From a virus (lineage: Duplodnaviria; Caudoviricetes): a DNA stretch of 35,279 nt. The stretch covers positions 1 through 35,279 of the IMG/VR virus record IMGVR_UViG_3300037487_001052. One strand, given 5' to 3'. Positions within the stretch are counted from its first letter, which is position 1, and every line of letters starts with the position of its first letter. The notes beneath the pieces were generated by a model. That model saw only the letters and a program-made list of their open reading frames with translations, did not search any database and was not told the origin of the DNA. Both the position numbers and the translations under genes were made by a program. Shown here piece after piece: positions 1 to 7,335 of the stretch.

Positions 1-14
1 CGAGAGCGGGCCAT
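1..14 (-). CDS. Start of a probable leaderless gene (MARSR...) running off the left edge
   Basis: ATG at 14-12 lies 7 nt downstream of an extended -10 element (TGg-TATGGT, 30-22). Only 4-5 codons are visible. Confidence 0.4.
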
Positions 15-60
15 AGACACCACCATACCAATTCTGGACCCCGAAAGACATTTGACTAAT

Positions 61-234
61 GTCTGCGGGGCGGTTCGTTTGCGGGACAGCGCACGAGCTT
101 CGTCGTGCCTGCCCCTGGGCGGGATGCTCTTGCTACACCAACGGTTGCGCTGCCGGCGGGCGGAACCTCGCGGCCCTTCTGCGCCGGCCCGTGTGGGTGG
201 TTGGGCTCCGACACCCGCAGACCCACGCCTCCGC
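61..234 (-). ncRNA. Candidate structured non-coding RNA with a multi-stem junction
   Basis: Closing inverted repeat 61-69/214-222. Inner stems 83-96/103-115 and 152-158/182-188, and a GCGA-loop hairpin at 163-176. Mismatches resolve as G-U pairs only on the minus strand. TATCAT -10-like hexamer at 246-241. Confidence 0.4.
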
Positions 235-351
235 ACCCGCATGATACGCCGCCGCCTGTCGATCCCCCGTACAGGTCCGCATAAGGTGTCGAATGCGTTT
301 TGGCTCGTTCTGGCTATCCCGTCAGCGAAAAGGAGAACCTGTAAGAGTTTC

Positions 352-615
352 TTACGGGTTGCGCCTGTACCGGAGCCGCCAAAGTAGGCGGGACAGGTCG
401 TTGGCCGTCGCGTGGACCGCTGCTTCGTCTAGCAGGGGCAGCGAGGCGTGCAGGGCCTCGTGGATGATGGTGTCCAATGTGTCCTCCTCGCCCTGCCACG
501 TGCCCACGCGGATGAGGCGGCCCTCGGCCTTGCCTGGGTCCACCATGTCGCCGTAGTCCTTCATGTTGGCCGCGAACCGCAGCCGCCAGTACTTGCCGCC
601 GAGCCGTACTCGCAT
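352..615 (-). CDS. Small HEXXH (zincin-like) metallopeptidase-family protein, 87 aa
   Basis: DTIIHEALHA motif followed by a downstream acidic residue; AAGGA RBS upstream. Confidence 0.7.
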   Translation of the reverse strand: MRVRLGGKYWRLRFAANMKDYGDMVDPGKAEGRLIRVGTWQGEEDTLDTIIHEALHASLPLLDEAAVHATANDLSRLLWRLRYRRNP

Positions 616-640
616 GGATCTGTCCTTCTGAAACGGCCAG

Positions 641-1615
641 TTACTGTGCGTCGAGGATGTCCCACGCGAGCCTGGGGTGGCCGCGCTTGCGCCCGGTCGT
701 TGGATCGTCCACGGCCTCCCAACGGCTGTAGAGCCTGATCCACTTGGCCCGGATCGGGGTCGGGCCGCAGCCCTTCTCCACGATCCACCCGCCCGAGCCG
801 TCGCCCCAGTCGCGCTTGTACGTGCCGCAGCGGATGAAGTCGGCGTGCCGCGTGCGGACCTCGTAGACCCCGTTGCGGGTCTCGAGGTACTCGCGGGCGA
901 TGCCGACGATGTTCGACTGGTGGTTGTGCCCGACCGCGATGCAGTCGGCCCCCTCCACCCACGAGAACATCCGGCGGCTGTCGAGCACGCCCATCGACAT
1001 CGGGGCCGAGCCGCCGCTGCCGTGGTGGTAGCGCATCGTCCAAGTCATCCGGCAGTTGTTGACCTGGCAGCGGACCTTGACCCACCCGCCGTAGCCGCCT
1101 GCACCCATCTGGCTGGCAGGGTTGTGGACCTTGATCGTGCGGACGAGGTTGGTGGTTGGACAGGTCTCGTGATGCTTGAGCCACGCGGTCTCGTGATTGC
1201 CGGCACCCAGGACGCACCAGTTCTGCGCGTAGGGCGCGTACTGCTCGGCCGCGTCATCGATGACCTTGTCGAAGTACGCGGCGGCGAGCTGCGAGCTGCG
1301 GAGCTGCGCCTTACATTGCCTTCGATCCGCGACGTTTTGCATGAGATCGAGGCAGTCGCCCAGGTCGATGATGATGGCGCGGCGCTCGAGGGCCTCATCG
1401 AGGTGGCGCATCTCGGTGGCGCGGTCGTTCTTGGGGTTGTCGGTGTGCGCGTCGGAGCGCACGAGCAGCCATTGCTCCCACCCGGCTCGCACGGGATCGC
1501 AGTCGATGATGTGGACGTTCTTCCCGTGGTGCGTGGCCCGGAACGGCGGCGGCGGGGGTGCCTTCGCCTTGGCCCGGGGCTTGGTCGCGGTCGCAGCCTT
1601 GCGTCGCTTCGCCAT
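641..1615 (-). CDS. Calcineurin-like metallophosphoesterase
   Basis: Motifs in canonical order: SDAH, LGDCLD, GNHE, HHG, GHNH. Confidence 0.85.
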   Translation of the reverse strand: MAKRRKAATATKPRAKAKAPPPPPFRATHHGKNVHIIDCDPVRAGWEQWLLVRSDAHTDNPKNDRATEMRHLDEALERRAIIIDLGDCLDLMQNVADRRQCKAQLRSSQLAAAYFDKVIDDAAEQYAPYAQNWCVLGAGNHETAWLKHHETCPTTNLVRTIKVHNPASQMGAGGYGGWVKVRCQVNNCRMTWTMRYHHGSGGSAPMSMGVLDSRRMFSWVEGADCIAVGHNHQSNIVGIAREYLETRNGVYEVRTRHADFIRCGTYKRDWGDGSGGWIVEKGCGPTPIRAKWIRLYSRWEAVDDPTTGRKRGHPRLAWDILDAQ

Positions 1616-1691
1616 GCCCGTGATTGTCCCCCCGCATCTGTCCGCATTGCATCGAGTTGGAGAATCTCTGGAAAATCCTCAAGTTCCCCCC

Positions 1692-1719
1692 TTGACCCGC
1701 CGATATACCCCGATGTAAT
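1692..1719 (+). promoter_or_regulatory. Sigma70-like promoter for the plus-strand operon
   Basis: TTGACC (1692-1697), 16 nt, TGTAAT (1714-1719), in the divergent intergenic gap; GAGGAG RBS before 1779. Confidence 0.6.
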
Positions 1720-1734
1720 GTCCGCGTGTCGGCC

Positions 1735-1749
1735 TCGGGCGCGTTGCCC
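1735..1749 (+). promoter_or_regulatory. Leader hairpin GGGC-GCGTT-GCCC, copy 1
   Basis: 15-nt TCGGGCGCGTTGCCC is identical to 6320-6334. Confidence 0.6.
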
Positions 1750-1778
1750 ACCGCCGGCACGTACGAGAGGAGACTGCC

Positions 1779-2030
1779 ATGAAGATCACGGTCAAGGTCG
1801 GCGAGGCGCTGGATCACCACCCCGAGCTCGCCCGCAAGTACGGGGATGTCGTGCTCGCCGCCGCACGCGAGCTGTCGGACGAGGTTTCGATGCGCGTCAT
1901 CCGGGCCCACGACGATCTCGGCCGCGCCGACCCCGACTGCGAGTACGCATGGAACCTCGCTGCCGAGCGGCTCATGCTCGCCGAGAGCGACTTCCTCCGC
2001 GCCCACGCCCAGACGGAGGTGGCGCTGTGA
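1779..2030 (+). CDS. Hypothetical protein, 83 aa
   Basis: Strong RBS and GC3-rich codons; stop overlaps the next start (GTGA). Confidence 0.8.
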   Translation: MKITVKVGEALDHHPELARKYGDVVLAAARELSDEVSMRVIRAHDDLGRADPDCEYAWNLAAERLMLAESDFLRAHAQTEVAL

Positions 2031-2290
2031 AGCAGCGCTCCCGCCGCAACGGCACGGCGCAGCTCGTGCGGAAGGTCGTGCTCCTCGTGCAGACCCTGCA
2101 CGGGGGGCCGATGACCCGCGCCCGCATGGCCGAGACCTGGGGCTGCACGCCTCGGAACGTCAATCACACCATCACGCGGGCCCGCACCCTGTTCGGGGTG
2201 AAGGTGCGGCACGTGCATCCCCTCGGCTACCAGTTGGTGGACGCGGGCATCCTGAACCTCGACACCATCACCCGAAGGAGCCTCCGATGA
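2027..2290 (+). CDS. Winged HTH DNA-binding protein
   Basis: GTG start coupled to the upstream stop. MTRARMAETWGCTPRNVNHTITRAR is HTH-like, followed by a GYQL wing. Confidence 0.7.
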   Translation: MKQRSRRNGTAQLVRKVVLLVQTLHGGPMTRARMAETWGCTPRNVNHTITRARTLFGVKVRHVHPLGYQLVDAGILNLDTITRRSLR

Positions 2291-2937
2291 CTTGGACCGT
2301 GATCGCTTGGGTACGCCGTGAAGAAGCCCGCACGCATCTCTCCATCCCCGGCCTCGTGGCGTGGTACGAACAACACCACGGCTCGTTGCGTGATTCCCTC
2401 GGTTGTCCTGTCAGCGCGTTTCAGGGCGTGTACGACTTCTTGAGCAATGCCGTCACCTCCTCGGGAGTCGATCTGCCGTACTCGCCCTATGACTCGTCCA
2501 AGCGGCGCGGCATTGAATGCTGGCGCGACTGCAACAGCGACCCGCACTTCCGTTTCGTGGTCCCCACCACCGAGCTGCTGCTCGAGGTCGATGTCCTGCC
2601 CGCGCACAAGGCTCCGAACCTGACCGTCACGATGGATTGGGAGAACGTGCGCCAGGTGCATTGGGAGCAGCCGAGTGGCTCTCGCCGCGTGATCGAGGTC
2701 GTGTCCTGCGACACGGTCGAGGAGGCGTGCTCTCGCGCCTACGACATCCGCAGGGTCGCCGAGCCCATCGTGGACGCGGAAGACACCGAAATCTGGGAGA
2801 AGATCGAGACCAGCCTGCGCGACGAGTACGAGCTCATGCGGAAGCGCATCAAGGAGCTCCGAGGGGTCGACCTTCCGCCCTGCGACCCGTCGCCCGTCCT
2901 GTCGCCCGGTGTGGGAGGCAAGGTGTCCCGTGCATGA
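2287..2937 (+). CDS. Hypothetical protein, about 216 aa
   Basis: ATGA coupling and AAGGAG RBS. Protein-like sequence begins at MTWTVIAW; the upstream part of ORF 1846 is spurious. Confidence 0.75.
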   Translation: MTWTVIAWVRREEARTHLSIPGLVAWYEQHHGSLRDSLGCPVSAFQGVYDFLSNAVTSSGVDLPYSPYDSSKRRGIECWRDCNSDPHFRFVVPTTELLLEVDVLPAHKAPNLTVTMDWENVRQVHWEQPSGSRRVIEVVSCDTVEEACSRAYDIRRVAEPIVDAEDTEIWEKIETSLRDEYELMRKRIKELRGVDLPPCDPSPVLSPGVGGKVSRA

Positions 2938-3271
2938 CCTCCCCCGCATGACCGAGCCATCGGCCCGCGGCGCGGACCCGTGGACGAGCCACGCCGCCGC
3001 CGCCAGCGTCCGCGGCGCGGCCGTCACGCAGCGGCAGATGCTGCTTGAGACCTACGAGGCGAACCCCGCTGGCCTGACCGACGAGGAGGCGTGCGCTCTG
3101 GCGGCCATCCCTGGCGGATGGAAGCGCTGCAGCGAGCTCCGCGCCCTCGGGCTGATCCTCGACACGGGCCTCGCCCGGGCCGGCTCGTCCGGGCGCATGG
3201 GGCGCGTGTGCCGCGTGCCCGAGATCGCGTCCGGGCTGTTCGTGGAGCCGAAGGGCGGGTTCCGCCGATGA
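2930..3271 (+). CDS. Phage wHTH DNA-binding protein (ARxxDPxTSHxAA type)
   Basis: ARGADPWTSHAAA...GLTDEE...WKRCSELRALGLI pattern; GGAGG upstream of GTG 2930 (alternative start ATG 2948). Confidence 0.7.
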   Translation: MHDLPRMTEPSARGADPWTSHAAAASVRGAAVTQRQMLLETYEANPAGLTDEEACALAAIPGGWKRCSELRALGLILDTGLARAGSSGRMGRVCRVPEIASGLFVEPKGGFRR

Positions 3272-3591
3272 TGGACGAACGCGGCATCCTCGTGGCCCCC
3301 GCGGCCCTGCCCATCGGGAACGACTGGTTCGCGGATGATCCCCTGCTCGCGCAGTACCTCATGCAGCACGACGTGGTGGTGAACCTGTCGGCCCGGTGGC
3401 AGCGGGCCCCGCACGGGTGGCGGCTGCTTGATTGGGAGATCGACGGCATCGTCCACGACGGCATGGACCTCGCGCAGGCGGAATCGATCCCGCCGTCAAT
3501 CCCCGTGCAGCGGTTCGTGAACGTCATGTTCTCGCATCGCTGCCGCCAGGAGCTCGAGGCCATCGGCCCGCGGGCGAGGAGGATCGGGTGA
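3268..3591 (+). CDS. Hypothetical protein, about 107 aa
   Basis: ATGA coupling with the upstream gene; typical codon usage. Confidence 0.7.
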   Translation: MMDERGILVAPAALPIGNDWFADDPLLAQYLMQHDVVVNLSARWQRAPHGWRLLDWEIDGIVHDGMDLAQAESIPPSIPVQRFVNVMFSHRCRQELEAIGPRARRIG

Positions 3592-4652
3592 ATGAGCTGG
3601 CACTTTTCGCAGGCGCTGGTGGCGGCATCCTCGGCGGGCACTTGCTCGGATGGCGGTGCGTCTGCGCCGTCGAGTACGACCACTACGCACGCAGCGTTCT
3701 CATGGCAAGACAGAACGACGGGTGCCTCCCGCCGTTCCCGATATGGGATGACGTGCGAACCTTTGACGGACGCCCGTGGCGAGGTCGTGTTGACGTGGTG
3801 TCTGGCGGCTTCCCTTGCCAAGACATCAGCGCCGCCGGCAAAGGCGCAGGCATCGGTGGATCACGATCCGGGCTGTGGTCCGAGATGGCGCGGATTGTCG
3901 GTGAGGTTCAGCCGCGATACGTCTGGGTGGAGAACAGCCCACTCCTTGTTCGGCGAGGACTTGGCTTGGTCCTCGCTGATCTTGCCGCGTTGGGGTTCTC
4001 TGCACGATGGGGAGTTGTGGGAGCGCATCACGCAGGAGCCCCGCACAAGCGCGACAGGATCTGGGTGCTGGGCTACGCCAACGGCCAACCAACAGCAAGC
4101 GGCGTCAATACCGGCGGCCCTGAACGAAGCGAAACGGCTACATCCTCGCGGCCAATGGTCGCTCGTGACTCAAGTGGTTGCCGACCATGTGCATGGGAAC
4201 AAAATGTGGCCGACGCCCACGGCAAGCATGATGCCGTGCGAGGGGACACAGCGACTTCTGCGGAAGAAGTGGCTAGCGGGGGAGTTGACGCTGGAGGAGG
4301 CAAGCGCCATCGGAGGAAGGGACGTGCGCGAGGCGCAAGGCAAGGTGCCCAAGTGGCCGACCCCGACAGCCGACGATGCGAACAACGTGACGAGGACGAG
4401 CGGGCAGTTCAAGAGTCTCACTCGGGCTGTGATGCTGCCGACGCCGACCGTAAACGACAGCAAGAACAACGGAGCGGCATCGCAGTTGGAGAGGCAGTCT
4501 CCCAATCTGAATGCGGTGGTTGGTGGGGCGCTGAACCCGACGTGGGTCGAGTGGCTCATGGGTTGGCCGCTCGGGTGGACCGATTGCGGTGCATCGGCAA
4601 CGGACAGATTCCGCGAGTGGTGCAACGCGCATGGGAGGAATTGTCGCAATGA
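3588..4652 (+). CDS. DNA (cytosine-5) methyltransferase, catalytic chain (motifs I-VIII and X)
   Basis: LFAGAGG (I), GGFPCQDIS (IV), ENS (VI), HKRDRIW (VIII), RLRCIGNGQIP (X). GTG start with AGGAGG at 3577-3582. Confidence 0.9.
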   Translation: MNELALFAGAGGGILGGHLLGWRCVCAVEYDHYARSVLMARQNDGCLPPFPIWDDVRTFDGRPWRGRVDVVSGGFPCQDISAAGKGAGIGGSRSGLWSEMARIVGEVQPRYVWVENSPLLVRRGLGLVLADLAALGFSARWGVVGAHHAGAPHKRDRIWVLGYANGQPTASGVNTGGPERSETATSSRPMVARDSSGCRPCAWEQNVADAHGKHDAVRGDTATSAEEVASGGVDAGGGKRHRRKGRARGARQGAQVADPDSRRCEQRDEDERAVQESHSGCDAADADRKRQQEQRSGIAVGEAVSQSECGGWWGAEPDVGRVAHGLAARVDRLRCIGNGQIPRVVQRAWEELSQ

Positions 4653-4656
4653 CTGA
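3592..4656 (+). CDS. Overprinted +1-frame ORF, putative methyltransferase beta/specificity chain (motif IX and four PTPT repeats)
   Basis: 354-codon open frame coextensive with the methyltransferase. Contains LNPTWVEWLMGWPLGWT (motif IX-like) and WATPT/WPTPT/WPTPT/LPTPT repeats. Confidence 0.7.
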   Translation: MSWHFSQALVAASSAGTCSDGGASAPSSTTTTHAAFSWQDRTTGASRRSRYGMTCEPLTDARGEVVLTWCLAASLAKTSAPPAKAQASVDHDPGCGPRWRGLSVRFSRDTSGWRTAHSLFGEDLAWSSLILPRWGSLHDGELWERITQEPRTSATGSGCWATPTANQQQAASIPAALNEAKRLHPRGQWSLVTQVVADHVHGNKMWPTPTASMMPCEGTQRLLRKKWLAGELTLEEASAIGGRDVREAQGKVPKWPTPTADDANNVTRTSGQFKSLTRAVMLPTPTVNDSKNNGAASQLERQSPNLNAVVGGALNPTWVEWLMGWPLGWTDCGASATDRFREWCNAHGRNCRND

Positions 4657-5035
4657 CAATCGTTGGGCCGCGCCCCGCATCGATGACGTGTCGTACCCGG
4701 TCTCGGAGCTCCCGAAGGCTATCGACGGCGACCGCGTGGCCGAGGCGCTGCGCGACCTCGTGCCGCACCCGGCGCACCCCACCTTCCTCGTCCTCGGGCG
4801 CGAGCCCATGCTTCACGTGGTCGATGACGGCGACGGCACCCCGTCCATGTGGTTCTGGCGAGCCTGCTGCATCCTGGTGCAGCCCGCCGAGGACGGGGTC
4901 CACCACGGCCTGCGGTTCACGTCGTGCGCCATGCACGAGCCCGGTGACCTTGCCGAGGAGGTCGGGCGCGAGTTCACGCGGCGGGTCGTTGCCTTCATTG
5001 CCTCGAGCACGAACACGGAGGTGCAGGATGTTTGA
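4649..5035 (+). CDS. Hypothetical protein, about 128 aa
   Basis: ATGA coupling with the methyltransferase stop; GGAGG RBS. Confidence 0.7.
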   Translation: MTDNRWAAPRIDDVSYPVSELPKAIDGDRVAEALRDLVPHPAHPTFLVLGREPMLHVVDDGDGTPSMWFWRACCILVQPAEDGVHHGLRFTSCAMHEPGDLAEEVGREFTRRVVAFIASSTNTEVQDV

Positions 5036-5216
5036 CGTACAGAACTCGGGCCGTCTGGTGATGACCCTGAAGCATGACGAGGCGGCCATCGTCATCGACG
5101 AGAACGGCCGGCGCGTGGCGGCGATCCTGCCGAACGCCAAGGGCCCCCACGAGACCTCCATCGTGGTCTGCGCCCCGCGCTCCATGCGGATCATCCGCGA
5201 GAGGCGGGAGCCATGA
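5028..5216 (+). CDS. Divergent CsrA/RsmA-like RNA-binding protein
   Basis: LVMTLKHDEAAIVI...SIVVCAPRSMRIIRE resembles the CsrA pattern LVLTRKxxE.I.I...I.AP.....RE; 62 aa; GGAGG RBS. Confidence 0.5.
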   Translation: MFDVQNSGRLVMTLKHDEAAIVIDENGRRVAAILPNAKGPHETSIVVCAPRSMRIIRERREP

Positions 5217-5425
5217 ACGGCGACCTCACGTGGTACGAGCAGGCGCTCAACCAGCGCGGGCTTGACAACAGCGTGCTCCGCGGCCGCCTGGGCAACATCC
5301 GGGCCGCTGCCGTGCCCGTGCGCCAGATCTCGGCGTGCCTCGCCGCCGGCCTTGCCTTTGACCCGAACGCAGCCTCCGAGTTGATCAACGCGCTGCTGCG
5401 CGAGATCGACAAGGAGATCCCCTAG
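5213..5425 (+). CDS. Hypothetical protein, 70 aa
   Basis: ATGA coupling; GGAG RBS. Confidence 0.7.
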   Translation: MNGDLTWYEQALNQRGLDNSVLRGRLGNIRAAAVPVRQISACLAAGLAFDPNAASELINALLREIDKEIP

Positions 5426-5444
5426 TACCTTCCATTGGAGCGGC

Positions 5445-5473
5445 CCGGGTGGGGGGGCGTTCCCCCCGCCCGG
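5445..5473 (+). promoter_or_regulatory. Intergenic hairpin with GCGTT loop
   Basis: CCGGGTGGGGGG-GCGTT-CCCCCCGCCCGG immediately upstream of the AAGGAG RBS of 5492. Confidence 0.6.
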
Positions 5474-5491
5474 TGACCGAAGGAGACACGC

Positions 5492-5683
5492 ATGGACCCG
5501 CGAGCCTTCGAGCGCCAGCTGATTGAACGCCTCCGCACCCGTTGGGACGCTATGGGCGACATGGCCAACGCCGAGCGAGCGATGGCCGCCGAGGTCATTG
5601 AGCGCCTCATGGACGAGGTGGAGAAGTGCCGCCGCGTCCTGCCCGCGCGCATCGAGCGCATCCTGTACGAGGGGGAGGGCTGA
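5492..5683 (+). CDS. Hypothetical protein, 63 aa
   Basis: AAGGAG RBS; helical, charged sequence. Confidence 0.75.
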   Translation: MDPRAFERQLIERLRTRWDAMGDMANAERAMAAEVIERLMDEVEKCRRVLPARIERILYEGEG

Positions 5684-5685
5684 CC

Positions 5686-5883
5686 ATGCCGCGCAGGAGG
5701 GAACCGGATGACACCGATATCGTGGAGCGCATCGAGGCCCTCGAGCACCCCGACCGCCTGCACCTCGAGGCCCGGGACGAGGTGATGCGGCAGCGGCATG
5801 AGCTCGCCGCCGTCATGCGGAGCCTGAACCGCTGCCAGCAGGAGAAGCTGCTCGCGCTGAACCACAGGCTGCGGAATGATTGA
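5686..5883 (+). CDS. Hypothetical coiled-coil protein, about 65 aa
   Basis: GGAGG RBS; DIVERI...EARDEV motif similar to the protein at 7770-8009. Confidence 0.7.
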   Translation: MPRRREPDDTDIVERIEALEHPDRLHLEARDEVMRQRHELAAVMRSLNRCQQEKLLALNHRLRND

Positions 5884-6286
5884 GTTCCATTGTCCTGGCC
5901 TGCCCGCCCCTCAGGGGAGCAAGCGGGCGGTGCGCCTGCGGAACGGCCGCACCGTCCTGCTCGAGAGCTCGGCTCGGGTCAAGCCGTACCGTGCCACGCT
6001 TGCCCTCGTGGCGCGGCAGGCTTGGCCCGGGCCGCCCTCGGCGGGCGCGGTGGCCCTCGAGGTGGTCTTTCGCTTCCCGCGCCCCAGAAGCCATCTGCGG
6101 GCCTCTGGCGAGGTCCGGGCCTCCGCGCCGGCGATCCCGTCCCGCCCGGACCTTGACAAGCTTGTCCGGGCCCTCGGGGACGCGCTGACGGGGATCGTGT
6201 ACCTCGATGACGGCCAGGTCGGGCGGTGGGTGGCCACCAAGGAATGGGGACCCACGGCCGAGACCGTGGTGCGGATCACCGCTTGA
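5876..6286 (+). CDS. rusA: RusA-family Holliday junction resolvase
   Basis: PAPQGSKR, FPRP, and the catalytic PDLDKLVRALGDALTGIVYLDDGQV signature. Confidence 0.9.
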   Translation: MIEFHCPGLPAPQGSKRAVRLRNGRTVLLESSARVKPYRATLALVARQAWPGPPSAGAVALEVVFRFPRPRSHLRASGEVRASAPAIPSRPDLDKLVRALGDALTGIVYLDDGQVGRWVATKEWGPTAETVVRITA

Positions 6287-6310
6287 CATTCCGCTACCGG
6301 GGCGTATACT
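6283..6310 (+). promoter_or_regulatory. Near-consensus sigma70 promoter for bet
   Basis: TTGACA (6283-6288), 16 nt, TATACT (6305-6310). Confidence 0.8.
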
Positions 6311-6319
6311 GCCCCTGCT

Positions 6320-6334
6320 TCGGGCGCGTTGCCC
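6320..6334 (+). promoter_or_regulatory. Leader hairpin GGGC-GCGTT-GCCC, copy 2
   Basis: Identical to 1735-1749; lies just downstream of the predicted transcription start. Confidence 0.6.
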
Positions 6335-6372
6335 GGGCCGAGCGCGGCGATCCGCGCACATGAGGAGAGACC

Positions 6373-7335
6373 ATGAACGCATTGGCACGCCTTGATGACG
6401 AGAAGCGCGAGCTGCTCGCTCGCACCCTCTGCGCGGGTTCGTCCCGCGACGAGATGGACCTGTTCTTCAGCATCTGCGAGCGCACGGGCCTCGACCCGTT
6501 CGCTCGTCAGATCTACGCGGTGAAGCGGTGGGACGGCCGGCAGCGCCGCGAGGTCATGCAGACCCAGGTGTCTATCGACGGCGCTCGCCTGACCGCGCAG
6601 CGCTCGGGCGAGTACCGCGGGCAGGACGGGCCCTTCTGGTGCGGCACGGACGGCCGCTGGACCGATGTCTGGCTGTCCTCCGACCCGCCGGCCGCCGCCC
6701 GCGTCGGGGTCATGCGGGCCGGGTTCACGCAGCCCTTGTATGGGGTCGCCCTGTTCTCCGAGTACGCGCAGCGCAACAAGGAGGGCGGGTTGACGGCCAT
6801 GTGGGCCAAGATGCCCGCGGTGATGATCGCCAAGTGCGCCGAGATGCTCGCGCTCCGCAAGGCGTTCCCCTCCGAGCTGTCTGGGCTGTATTCCGCCGAG
6901 GAGATGGGGCAGGCCAAGCCCGCGGAGGCCGAGCCTGAGCACGTGCCCGCGCCCGTGCCGCCCATGCCTCCGCTCGAGGCGCAGAAGCCCGCCGCGCTGC
7001 CTGCTCCGACCGAGGAGCCCGCCAAGCCCGCCCGCAAGCGCAAGGCCGCGCCGGCCGAGGAGACCCCGGTCGCCAAGCCCGTTGACACCTACCCCGAGGA
7101 GTACGAGGGCCTGTTCCGCATCCACGGCGTGGTGCGGCGCTCCGGGCGTGCCCACGCCATCGACGCGACGGGCGAGTTCGGCCGCCTGTGGATCGCCACC
7201 ACGGTGGAGGAGTACGCCAAGCTCTGCGAGGATGCCAAGGACCACGACCTCACGCTCGACCTGGCGCGGGTCGGCGCGGCGATGACCATCATGCGCGTGG
7301 TGCGCCAGCGCACCGAGGAGGCCAACGATGAGTGA
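6373..7335 (+). CDS. bet: Phage single-strand annealing recombinase, Bet (Red-beta/RecT) family
   Basis: CERTGLDPFARQIYAVKR, QVSIDGARLTAQRSGEY, MWAKMPAVMIAKCAEMLALRKAFP; Pro/Ala linker and C-terminal domain. Confidence 0.9.
   Translation: MNALARLDDEKRELLARTLCAGSSRDEMDLFFSICERTGLDPFARQIYAVKRWDGRQRREVMQTQVSIDGARLTAQRSGEYRGQDGPFWCGTDGRWTDVWLSSDPPAAARVGVMRAGFTQPLYGVALFSEYAQRNKEGGLTAMWAKMPAVMIAKCAEMLALRKAFPSELSGLYSAEEMGQAKPAEAEPEHVPAPVPPMPPLEAQKPAALPAPTEEPAKPARKRKAAPAEETPVAKPVDTYPEEYEGLFRIHGVVRRSGRAHAIDATGEFGRLWIATTVEEYAKLCEDAKDHDLTLDLARVGAAMTIMRVVRQRTEEANDE

Noticed and set aside
677-2290. 537-aa plus-strand ORF
   Set aside because: Mostly the antisense shadow of the phosphoesterase; only 2027-2290 looks like a real gene.
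5262-5290. TTGACA at 5262 as a promoter
   Set aside because: No -10 hexamer at a suitable distance, and it lies inside a coding region.
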